Below are positions 8,609 to 16,406 of a stretch of DNA of 50,072 nt, piece after piece. Source of the stretch: Syntrophomonadaceae bacterium (GTDB lineage: Bacteria; Bacillota; Dethiobacteria; DTU022); assembly GCA_003550645.1 (NCBI GenBank), contig PUKV01000149.1:1-50072 (forward strand), given 5' to 3'. The notes beneath the pieces were generated by a model. The model made no database searches. It worked only from the letters and a program-made list of their open reading frames with translations, and was not told the DNA's origin. The stretch's first letter is position 1. Each line of letters begins with the position of its first letter. A program made the position numbers and the translations under genes.

Positions 8609-10168
8609 TTAACCATATCCATTTATTTTAAGCAGTTTATTGAGCCCGTTTAAATATGCTTTAACGCTGGCCTCGATAATATCGGTGCTGGTCCCCCGGC
8701 CGGTAATGGTCCGGTCCTGGTATGAAAGGTTGACCTGGACTTCTCCGAGGGCATCGCGGCCCTGTGTCACAGCATTGATCTTGTATTTTTCCAGGCCGAC
8801 GCTGAGTCCGGTAATCTTGTTAATAGCGTTATAGGCGGCATCAATTGGTCCGGAACCGACGGCAACCTCTTCAATTGTATTTCCATCCTCCTTCATAAGC
8901 CGGATCACTGCTGCCGGGACACTCTTACTGCCGCTTACCGTCTGCAGGTAATCAAGCCTGTAGCGCGGTTCTGCAGCAAATATGTGATCTAGCACCAGGG
9001 CTTCCAAATCTTCAGGATAAATCTCTTTCTTTTTATCGGCGAGGCTGACGAAATGATCATAGATCACGTTCAGCTGATCTTTGTTCAAAGAGAAACCAAG
9101 TTTTTTAAGCTGGTCAAGGACAGCATGCCGGCCGGAGCGGGCAGTGAGGAGCATTCTGGCCGCACTTCCTCCGATTAGTTCGGCATCAATAATTTCATAA
9201 GTATCTTTGTGCTTTAAGACTCCATCCTGGTGAATACCGGATGAGTGCGAGAAGGCGTTAAGGCCGACCACCGCCTTGTTAACCGGAATAGAGATATTGG
9301 TCAACTTACTAACCAGGCGGCTGGTCCGGTATATTTCAGAAAAATCAAGGTCGGTATAATAGGGGAAATAGTTCTGCCGGATTCGCAGGGAAACAGCTAT
9401 TTCTTCCAAAGAAGCATTTCCGGCCCTTTCACCGATGCCGTTTATGTTGCACTCCACCTGGCGGGCCCCGTTTTTAATTGCTTCCAGGGAATTGGCTACG
9501 GCAAGGCCCAGGTCGTTGTGACAGTGGACACTGATCATGGCCCGGTCAATATTGGTGACGTTCTCCCTGATCCGGCGGATCACCCCGCCAAATTCTTCAG
9601 GAACGGCATAACCGACCGTATCGGGAATATTGATAACCGTGGCTCCGGCTTTTATAACTGCTTCAATCATCCGGTAAAGATACTCCTCATCGGCCCGGCT
9701 GGCATCCTCCGGGGAATATTCGATATTATCGGTAAAGCGGGCGGCATATTTAACCGCATCGACTGCCTGCTCCAAAATCTGGTCCTGGTCTTTGTTGAAC
9801 TTGTGCTGCATGTGGATAGCTGAGGCACCCAGGAAGACATGGAGCCTGGGTTTTTCCGCCTCTTTTATCGCTTCCCAGGCCGCATCAAGATCATCCTTGA
9901 CCGCCCTGGCCAGGCCGCAGATAGTCGGGCCTTTAACCTGCCTCGATATTTCCTGGACCGCCTTCAGCTCTCCCGGCGAAGAAATCGGAAACCCGGCCTC
10001 GATAATGTCAACATTAAGGCGGGCCAGCTGCCGGGCGACCTCTACCTTTTCATCAAGGTTGAGGCGTGCGCCGGGAGTCTGTTCTCCGTCACGCAGGGTG
10101 CTGTCGAACAGGTAGATTTTTTCAGCCTCGCCTGAACCTTTCACAGCCACTTGATCATTCATTGCCAT
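8609..10168 (-). CDS. leuA: 2-isopropylmalate synthase (LeuA/CimA family; the Leu T-box favours LeuA)
   Basis: 519 aa. HMGL-like TIM barrel (LFDSTLRDGEQTPG, HCHNDLGLAVANSL) plus a C-terminal LeuA-dimer regulatory domain. Preceded by a Leu-specific T-box leader. Confidence 0.85.
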   Translation of the reverse strand: MAMNDQVAVKGSGEAEKIYLFDSTLRDGEQTPGARLNLDEKVEVARQLARLNVDIIEAGFPISSPGELKAVQEISRQVKGPTICGLARAVKDDLDAAWEAIKEAEKPRLHVFLGASAIHMQHKFNKDQDQILEQAVDAVKYAARFTDNIEYSPEDASRADEEYLYRMIEAVIKAGATVINIPDTVGYAVPEEFGGVIRRIRENVTNIDRAMISVHCHNDLGLAVANSLEAIKNGARQVECNINGIGERAGNASLEEIAVSLRIRQNYFPYYTDLDFSEIYRTSRLVSKLTNISIPVNKAVVGLNAFSHSSGIHQDGVLKHKDTYEIIDAELIGGSAARMLLTARSGRHAVLDQLKKLGFSLNKDQLNVIYDHFVSLADKKKEIYPEDLEALVLDHIFAAEPRYRLDYLQTVSGSKSVPAAVIRLMKEDGNTIEEVAVGSGPIDAAYNAINKITGLSVGLEKYKINAVTQGRDALGEVQVNLSYQDRTITGRGTSTDIIEASVKAYLNGLNKLLKINGYG

Positions 10169-10197
10169 CTCCTCCAGTATTTGTAATATATATAATA

Positions 10198-10430
10198 AAT
10201 AAAAAACTTTCGCCTAAGAGACGAAAGTATTTTCGCGGTACCACTCTTCTTGGCGGCACAACATCTACCGCCCACTCTTTAAGATAACGGAAGTCTCCGG
10301 CCAATCCTAATTCCGGCTTTAAAAGTCCGGTTTCGGTTGGCGGCTCACGGATGAGTTCACAGGCTTAACCATGCCACCTTGCACCAACCGGTGACTCTCT
10401 GAGGATGACTTTCCCTGCTACTGCTTCCGA
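10198..10430 (-). promoter_or_regulatory. T-box riboswitch leader with Leu (CUC) specifier and intrinsic terminator
   Basis: On the - strand: AGAGAG bay, distal-loop GGTGCAA, and specifier loop GAA-CUC-A (CUC is the complement of 10353-10355). The T-box sequence AAGAGTGGTACCGCG is the complement of 10234-10248. The terminator is ACTTTCG...CGAAAGT plus T6 (10201-10228). A TTGACA -35 candidate lies at 10484-10489. Confidence 0.85.
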
Positions 10431-10825
10431 TCACAGCCTTTTGCCTGATCAATTATTGTAAGATTACCGAAAATAAATGCCCTTGTCAAGCAAAATTTTT
10501 TGAAGAACTCATCCTGGGCGATCACCCGGTGCAGCCCTAGATCCCTCCAAACCGCTCCAGGCTTGGCTTCACCGGTATTACCAGCTAGCGCTTTATGATC
10601 ACTCAAGTTTTTTTAAGCAGGCCGGTAATACCAGGCGCCTGTAGACTGAGCAGAAATGCCGTTTTAGCATAGCCAGATAAAGTACCGTTTTTACTTGACA
10701 AAAAGGGATAAATAGATCAGAATATACATATAATTCCGTAATCATACCTTAGCTTGAACCCGGTTTACCAGCAATATAATTCCTTATTTATTATTTACGG
10801 TATTATGATATAAATCGCTAGAGCG

Positions 10826-11941
10826 GTGAAAACCATGCCCACCCCTCAAAGAAGGATAACGGTTTTGAGCAGCAGCGAACAGGCCGCTTTACTCAGTCAG
10901 CCAAACAAAAAAGCGCCAACCGGTTTGCGCAACCTCTGTATGCTGCTGTTAATGTTAAAGGCCGGCCTGCGGGTCGGTGAAGTCCTTGCCTTATTGAAGA
11001 CAGATATAAACTGGGAAGAGGGCAAAATCCACGTTGCCGAAAGCGGAGCGGCAAAAGAGCGGACCCTGTGGCTGGATGAGGAACTGGTGGAACTTTTAAA
11101 AAAATGGGACCGGTTGAGACCTCCTGAAAGCAGTATTTTTTTCTCCACCTTAAAAGGCAAGCCATTAAAAGATCGCTACCTGCGGGAAATGGTAAAAAGG
11201 CTATCTCGTAAAGCCGGAATAAAAAAAGACGTTCATCCCCATTTATTGCGCAGTACTTTTGCTGTAAATTTAATCAGGGAAACAAACGATATTCGCCTGG
11301 CTCAAAACGCCCTCGGCCACAGGGATGCTTCCACCACCCAATCATATATCAAACACTTGTTCAGTGAACACAGCATGACTTATTATGACATCCTTGGCTA
11401 CAGGCGGAGCGGGATCCCGGCTGAAGAAAAACCAGGTCTAAAGCTACCCGGAAACGATTGTAATTACAATAACTGGAAAGAAGGAAAAGGAGGGGGGCAG
11501 GAAGAAGAGGGAAAGGAGGAGGGTGTGACTGAAAATACTGACAATAATAGCAGAAACTGGGGCGAAAAAGAGATGAACGGAAAAGAGAAGGGATTTAATC
11601 ATAACCCTGCAGAGCCAAGAAATAATAACGATATACGCATTAACAGTATTTCAGATAATAACGCCTGCCACACGGCGGACCGCAAACAGGAGAATAATAG
11701 CAGGGGTGATCACGGGGAACAAGATGGGGCCGGGCAGCAGACCAATCCTGGACCTGAAACCGAAAATAACGGCGAACCGGCTATCTCTATGGAGATGGAG
11801 CCAGAAGAGGAAACCGGGCAGAGAAAAATACCTGCTTTAAAATGCAGCCGGTGTTCATATATCCTCAGGTACAAGCAAAACTGTCCCAAATGCGGCGCTT
11901 CTTTTGAATCCATTCTAAACCACTGGAGAAAAAACGTTTAA
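10826..11941 (+). CDS. Atypical tyrosine recombinase: catalytic domain only, low-complexity linker, C-terminal zinc ribbon
   Basis: Residues about 12-185 carry the catalytic residues R (GLRVGE), K (AAKERTLWL), HxxR (HPHLLRS), H (GHRD) and Y (TQSYIKH). There is no N-terminal core-binding domain. An N/E/G/K-rich stretch of about 140 aa follows, then CSRC-x9-CPKC at 11843-11893. The start is GTG 10826 or ATG 10835. Confidence 0.75.
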   Translation: MKTMPTPQRRITVLSSSEQAALLSQPNKKAPTGLRNLCMLLLMLKAGLRVGEVLALLKTDINWEEGKIHVAESGAAKERTLWLDEELVELLKKWDRLRPPESSIFFSTLKGKPLKDRYLREMVKRLSRKAGIKKDVHPHLLRSTFAVNLIRETNDIRLAQNALGHRDASTTQSYIKHLFSEHSMTYYDILGYRRSGIPAEEKPGLKLPGNDCNYNNWKEGKGGGQEEEGKEEGVTENTDNNSRNWGEKEMNGKEKGFNHNPAEPRNNNDIRINSISDNNACHTADRKQENNSRGDHGEQDGAGQQTNPGPETENNGEPAISMEMEPEEETGQRKIPALKCSRCSYILRYKQNCPKCGASFESILNHWRKNV

Positions 11942-12144
11942 CATTTTTTTAGTCTTTTTTGCAGTGGAGAGGGGGGAAGCAGCAAATGAGAGGGCCTGAT
12001 ATCTCCTGATCCAACTTCCGATAATACATCTTATGTTAACAAGAAGGGGGAGCGTGATTTAAAGCTACAGGTGGGACCCGGCCCCTAAAGCTTAAAGGAT
12101 AACCTGCGAGTCCTTTAAATCACCTTTTAATCCCTGGCGATCCC

Positions 12145-12174
12145 TTGTATATTTTTATCATAAACTGATATAAT
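12145..12174 (+). promoter_or_regulatory. Putative sigma-A-type promoter for the lipoprotein/CapA/GT4 cluster
   Basis: TTGTAT (12145-12150), an 18-nt spacer, then TATAAT (12169-12174). It lies about 195 nt upstream of the TTG start at 12369. Confidence 0.4.
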
Positions 12175-12368
12175 TACACTTGAGATAATAGTACAGCGCT
12201 GGTTTGTATGCTGGTTATTTTTTTTGCGCATCTTTGCCGGGCCCATGGTTTTGCCGACTGTGGTAAGCTCATCGGCCTAAAATATCCACTGTTATTACAG
12301 CCGGTATATTATGGAACTAAATAAACGGCCTCTGAGCCATTTTAACAACCTACCTGGAGGTATACTAT

Positions 12369-13331
12369 TTGGTTGTTGCACATATTAAGCCAAAGATAAA
12401 CCGGTATACTTTTGGTCTGGCCTTAATTCTCTATATGGCTGCCTCCTCCCTGCTTTTATCTTCTTGTTCAAACCAGGATGCCAGACCCGATCCTGAACCG
12501 GAAGCCAGGGAACAACCGGCAGAACAGGAGTCGGAATTGGAGTTACCGTGCCCGGATCAACAGGAACAGGGCAACAGGAACAACGGCGACCTGGAGCAGG
12601 GTGAAAAATGTAATAATATGGAAGTCGATCCTGGTCCAGAATTGCCCCGGGTAGGTCTTTACACCGGCAAAGGAAGCTGGAAGGAAAATGTAGAGGTTGC
12701 CGGAAATTTTCTGGATCACTATGAGTTTGAATGGTCGAGTTTTGAGGAAAATGAAGCCGTAAGTCTTGATTTAGAAAACCACTATGACCTGTTATGGTTT
12801 CCAGGCGGTTTTGCTGCCGAGTATAAGTATTACATCAATGATCATTCCAATATCCGGGACTTTGTCAGCGACGGCGGCTTGTTCATAGGCAGCTGCGCCG
12901 GCGCCTATTATGCCTCGGATATCCTGCGCTGGCAGGGAACCGATTATGAATATCCTTTGCACCTTTTTGACGGAAAAGGCGTTGGGCCGCTGGCCGGGCA
13001 GATAGGCTGGGGCGAAACCGGTATTGTCGAACTGGAAGAAGGACACCCGGTGAACCAGGGTTTCAACCTGGAAAAAGAGATGTATTATTTTGACGGGCCC
13101 TATTTCGAACCATATGATAATGATTCTGTTACCGTCCTGGCCCGCTATCAAGTAAACAGTGAACCGGCGATTATTGCCGGAAGCAAAGGCGCCGGCAAAT
13201 ACCTTCTCCTCGGTCCTCATCCGGAGATCGGTGGATACTCTGCTGAATCTCCCGATTTCAGCCCGGATGGAGAAGGCGGAGCCCAGTGGCCCTGGTTGTA
13301 CAGGGCTGTTGTATGGCTTTCACAAAAATAG
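12369..13331 (+). CDS. Lipoprotein with a class-I glutamine-amidotransferase-like (BPL_N-like) domain
   Basis: TTG start 8 nt after GGAGG. Signal peptide with lipobox LLSSC, an acidic P/E/Q-rich linker, then LWFPGGFAAEY...GGLFIGSCAGAYYAS (nucleophile-elbow-like Cys). The family assignment rests on motif memory only. Confidence 0.55.
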   Translation: MVVAHIKPKINRYTFGLALILYMAASSLLLSSCSNQDARPDPEPEAREQPAEQESELELPCPDQQEQGNRNNGDLEQGEKCNNMEVDPGPELPRVGLYTGKGSWKENVEVAGNFLDHYEFEWSSFEENEAVSLDLENHYDLLWFPGGFAAEYKYYINDHSNIRDFVSDGGLFIGSCAGAYYASDILRWQGTDYEYPLHLFDGKGVGPLAGQIGWGETGIVELEEGHPVNQGFNLEKEMYYFDGPYFEPYDNDSVTVLARYQVNSEPAIIAGSKGAGKYLLLGPHPEIGGYSAESPDFSPDGEGGAQWPWLYRAVVWLSQK

Positions 13332-13403
13332 TTCTATCTGCTTCAAAATAAAGCAAGGTTGGGCAGTAATAAATCATAAACCCGGAGGATGGTGGTTTGA
13401 ACT

Positions 13404-14774
13404 ATGCGTAGAATCTATTTCATTATACTGGCCCTGGTGCTGTTAGCCCTGTCTTTTAATATTGGCATGCGCGCCGGCGATACTTTCCCGCCGGGAGAGC
13501 TTTTCGATATGGCAGCAGCAGCCATGGCCGGTGAACAGCAGGAGCAAGAAACACTTGAAGAAAACGGGACCATAGAAACCGGGGAAGATCCTGAACCAGC
13601 GGAGGAAATAGCTGAAGAGCCGGAGCCCGATTTGCGTACTGTCAATATGATCGTAGCCGGCGATATTACCGCCCATGTCCCGCAAATAGAACAGGCGCAC
13701 CTGGGTGACGGTAACTATGACTTTACTCCCAGCTTTGAAATCATTAAACCTTACCTGCAGGAAGGCGATATAACTGTCGGCGACCTGGAAACCGCCCAGG
13801 CCGGTCCGGAGATCCGCTCTGTTGCCTGGGGGGTAACCGGGTATACCGGTTTTCCCGAATTTAACGCGCCCCAGGAATTTTCAGAAGCCTTAAAAAAAGC
13901 CGGCTTTAACACCCTCACCATGGCCAACAACCATACTATGGACCGGGGTTACGAAGGCCTGATGAACAGCCTTTCCCATGTGCGGGGCCTGGGCATTGAA
14001 ACGTTCGGCGCATATAAAAGCCAGGAAGAGCGGGATACCCCCACGATCATCGAACATGACGGGGTTGAGATTGCCTTCATCGGCTATACGTACGGACTGA
14101 ACGGCATTCCAGTACCTGAAGGCCATGAATACTGTGTTAACCATACACCCGAATTTCAGGATATCACACCTGTCATTGAGGATATAAATACTGCCAGAGA
14201 GCACGGGGCCGACCTGGTTGCCGTTTTCCCGCACTGGGGCAATATGTATGTCAGCGAACCGCAGCCCCAGCGCCTGCGGGATGTGGCTTCACAGCTGGCG
14301 GCAGCCGGAGCCGACTTGATCATGGGAGGCCATCCGCATTATATCCAGCCCCTGGAGTGGTTTTTTAACGAAGATGAAAATGGGGAAGAAAGAGCAGCAC
14401 TGGCCATTTATTCGCTCGGTAATTTCCTGTCCAACCAGCACTACCCCCACAACCAATCACCGTTTGTGGAATATGGTGCTCTCCTGGATATTGATCTGAC
14501 CAAGAACAAAGATACGGGAGAGGCCTGGATCAGTGGTGTAGATTATGAAGTTACCTGGGTCCACCGCGACTGGCGCCACCGCATCCTCCCTCTCTCCACA
14601 GTTTTTGCCGACTCTCCGGATGATTACAACCTGAGCCAGTCTAAACTAGAAGAACTGGAAGTATGGTACCAAAAAAATATAGAAGTGCTTGAAAAATACG
14701 GCCACAGCGAAGACAAAACCAGGGCCATGGAAATCTCTGATTTACTTTATGAGCAGGCTCATGAAAACTATTAG
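13404..14774 (+). CDS. CapA/PGA_cap-family metallophosphoesterase-like protein, membrane-anchored
   Basis: 456 aa. N-terminal TM anchor and acidic E/P linker, then CapA-type motifs (VAGDI, MANNHTMDRG, HWGNMY, GGHPHYIQP). Confidence 0.8.
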   Translation: MRRIYFIILALVLLALSFNIGMRAGDTFPPGELFDMAAAAMAGEQQEQETLEENGTIETGEDPEPAEEIAEEPEPDLRTVNMIVAGDITAHVPQIEQAHLGDGNYDFTPSFEIIKPYLQEGDITVGDLETAQAGPEIRSVAWGVTGYTGFPEFNAPQEFSEALKKAGFNTLTMANNHTMDRGYEGLMNSLSHVRGLGIETFGAYKSQEERDTPTIIEHDGVEIAFIGYTYGLNGIPVPEGHEYCVNHTPEFQDITPVIEDINTAREHGADLVAVFPHWGNMYVSEPQPQRLRDVASQLAAAGADLIMGGHPHYIQPLEWFFNEDENGEERAALAIYSLGNFLSNQHYPHNQSPFVEYGALLDIDLTKNKDTGEAWISGVDYEVTWVHRDWRHRILPLSTVFADSPDDYNLSQSKLEELEVWYQKNIEVLEKYGHSEDKTRAMEISDLLYEQAHENY

Positions 14775-14789
14775 GGAGGAGAATCCAGC

Positions 14790-15962
14790 TTGAAAATAGG
14801 CATTTTTACCGACAGTTTCCGTCCCTATACCAGCGGTGTTGTCAGGTCAATTGAACTCTTTTCCCGGGAATTTAATAATCGCGGCCATCAGGTCTATATA
14901 TTCGGACCGGACTACCCTCTTTTGCACCCGCCCAAAGAAGAAGGGGTATTTCGCTTTATTTCCGTCCCGGCGCCAACTATGCCTGATTTCGCCCTCCCCA
15001 TTCCTATCTCGACCCAGCTGGGCAAAACGATCAGGCACATCGGCCTCGATATTATACACAGCCACTCCCCCTTTCTGCTCGGCAGCCTGGGTGCCCGTGC
15101 CGCCAGGCGCTATAAACTGCCCCTGGTTTTTACCTTCCATACACTATATGATCAGTACGTCCACTATTTTCCCTTTGCCAGGCAGGCCTCGAAGCAGGTG
15201 GTACAACGAATCAGCCGCAACTTCTGCAACCGTTCCAACAGGGTTATAGCCCCATCCCAGATGATTGTAAGCTACCTGCAGCGGATCGGGGTAAAAACTC
15301 CGATCGAAAACATACCCACCGGGGTGGACCTCGAAGAGTTCACCGATCTTAATCCTGGCTGGTTGGAAGAAAACTATGGTGTTAAACCTGAAGAAAAGGT
15401 CTTCCTTTTCGTGGGACGCCTCGGCCAGGAAAAAAATGTTATCTTTTTAATCAAAGCCTTTAACACTGTGCTGTCAAACTTCCCGGACTGCCGCCTGGTC
15501 CTGGTCGGTAAAGGGCCCCAGGAAAATACCCTGCGCAGAATGTGCCGGGACCTGGGGATCGAGGACAAGGTTATTTTTACCGGGGTCCTGCCCCGGCAAA
15601 AAATAGTCCACTGCTATGCCAGCGCCGATTTGTTTGTGTTTCCCTCGGTAACAGAAACCCAGGGCCTGGTGATCGGGGAAGCGAAGGCTACCGGACTGCC
15701 GGTAGTGGCAATCCGCGCATTTGGTCCTGCAGAAATGGTCTACCATGGAGAAGACGGCTATTTGACCGACCCTTCCCTTTCTTCTTTTACTACTGCTATA
15801 ATGGACCTGCTTGAAAACAAGGACCTGTATGACAGGATGAGCCAAAACGCTTATAAAAACGTGGCTGCAATTTCATCTTCTTACTGTGCAGAAAAAATGC
15901 TCGCCGTATACCAGGAAATGATAGAACAAGAAGAGCACGCCCCCCGCTATCGCTTTTTATAA
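14790..15962 (+). CDS. GT4-family glycosyltransferase (glycolipid-synthase-like)
   Basis: 390 aa. MKIGIFTDSFRPYTSGVV N-terminus and an EX7E-type C-terminal domain (FPSVTETQGLVIGEA). TTG start 8 nt after GGGAGGAG. Confidence 0.85.
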   Translation: MKIGIFTDSFRPYTSGVVRSIELFSREFNNRGHQVYIFGPDYPLLHPPKEEGVFRFISVPAPTMPDFALPIPISTQLGKTIRHIGLDIIHSHSPFLLGSLGARAARRYKLPLVFTFHTLYDQYVHYFPFARQASKQVVQRISRNFCNRSNRVIAPSQMIVSYLQRIGVKTPIENIPTGVDLEEFTDLNPGWLEENYGVKPEEKVFLFVGRLGQEKNVIFLIKAFNTVLSNFPDCRLVLVGKGPQENTLRRMCRDLGIEDKVIFTGVLPRQKIVHCYASADLFVFPSVTETQGLVIGEAKATGLPVVAIRAFGPAEMVYHGEDGYLTDPSLSSFTTAIMDLLENKDLYDRMSQNAYKNVAAISSSYCAEKMLAVYQEMIEQEEHAPRYRFL

Positions 15963-16073
15963 CTACTTCAGCCTGTGTTGCCCCCTGTTGCATGATAAGC
16001 TAAGCTAAGGGAACGGTTACACCGTCTCCTGTGACTTCGCGGGCCAGGCCTGGTTAATTTTCACTTTTTCAGG

Positions 16074-16102
16074 TTGATCCATATAACCAAAATCGTTATA
16101 AT
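16074..16102 (+). promoter_or_regulatory. Putative promoter of tRNA-Gln
   Basis: TTGATC (16074-16079), a 17-nt spacer, then TATAAT (16097-16102), about 11 nt upstream of the tRNA 5' end. Confidence 0.5.
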
Positions 16103-16113
16103 ATAAAATGAAC

Positions 16114-16187
16114 TGCGGGATGGTGTAGCGGCAGCACGGGTGACTCTGGATCACCAGGCCCAGGTTCGATCCCTGGTCCCGCAGCCA
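16114..16187 (+). tRNA. tRNA-Gln (anticodon CUG)
   Basis: Hand-folded 74-nt cloverleaf. Acceptor TGCGGGA/TCCCGCA with U1-A72, discriminator G73 and encoded CCA. D stem GTGT/GCAC, anticodon stem GGTGA/TCACC with loop CTCTGGA, and T arm CCAGG-TTCGATC-CCTGG. Confidence 0.93.
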
Positions 16188-16274
16188 CTTTCTTTTCTTC
16201 AAAATACAGGCCCGCAGCTTGTTAAACAGTGGGCTTGCCTGCTTTAAAATTTGTAAGCAATGGGGGTATAAACT

Positions 16275-16373
16275 ATGTGGCAGTTAATTTCCGGTTTGAT
16301 ATTAATCGGTATTTTCTTTATTCTTGTGTTAATGCTCAAAAGAGGCTATCAAATAAAAGAACAGGAAAAATAG
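16275..16373 (+). CDS. Hypothetical 32-aa single-pass membrane peptide
   Basis: ATG lies 8 nt after GGGGG. Product is MWQLISGLILIGIFFILVLMLKRGYQIKEQEK (hydrophobic helix plus basic tail). It is below the ORF-track length cutoff and has no homology support. Confidence 0.3.
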   Translation: MWQLISGLILIGIFFILVLMLKRGYQIKEQEK

Positions 16374-16406
16374 CAAACCGGTAAGGATAAAAAGTAAAAC
16401 TGTTGG

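Noticed and set aside
10418-10606. A 62-aa ORF on the - strand upstream of the T-box
   Set aside because: It overlaps the predicted T-box promoter and the 5' end of the leader. It has no RBS and no recognisable protein features.
11942-12368. An invertible promoter (phase-variation switch) run by the adjacent tyrosine recombinase and controlling the envelope cluster
   Set aside because: The predicted promoter (12145-12174) is not bracketed by meaningful inverted repeats. The only pair flanking it, CAGTGGAGA at about 11962 and its imperfect complement at about 12285, is 7-9 bp, which is chance level. The 11-bp perfect repeat encloses just 48 bp with no promoter inside.
10826-16187. A genomic island integrated at tRNA-Gln and carrying the recombinase gene
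   Set aside because: The recombinase gene lies about 5 kb from the 5' side of the tRNA rather than next to its 3' end. I found no direct repeat of the tRNA 3' half anywhere in the window. There are no phage, conjugation or transposase genes.
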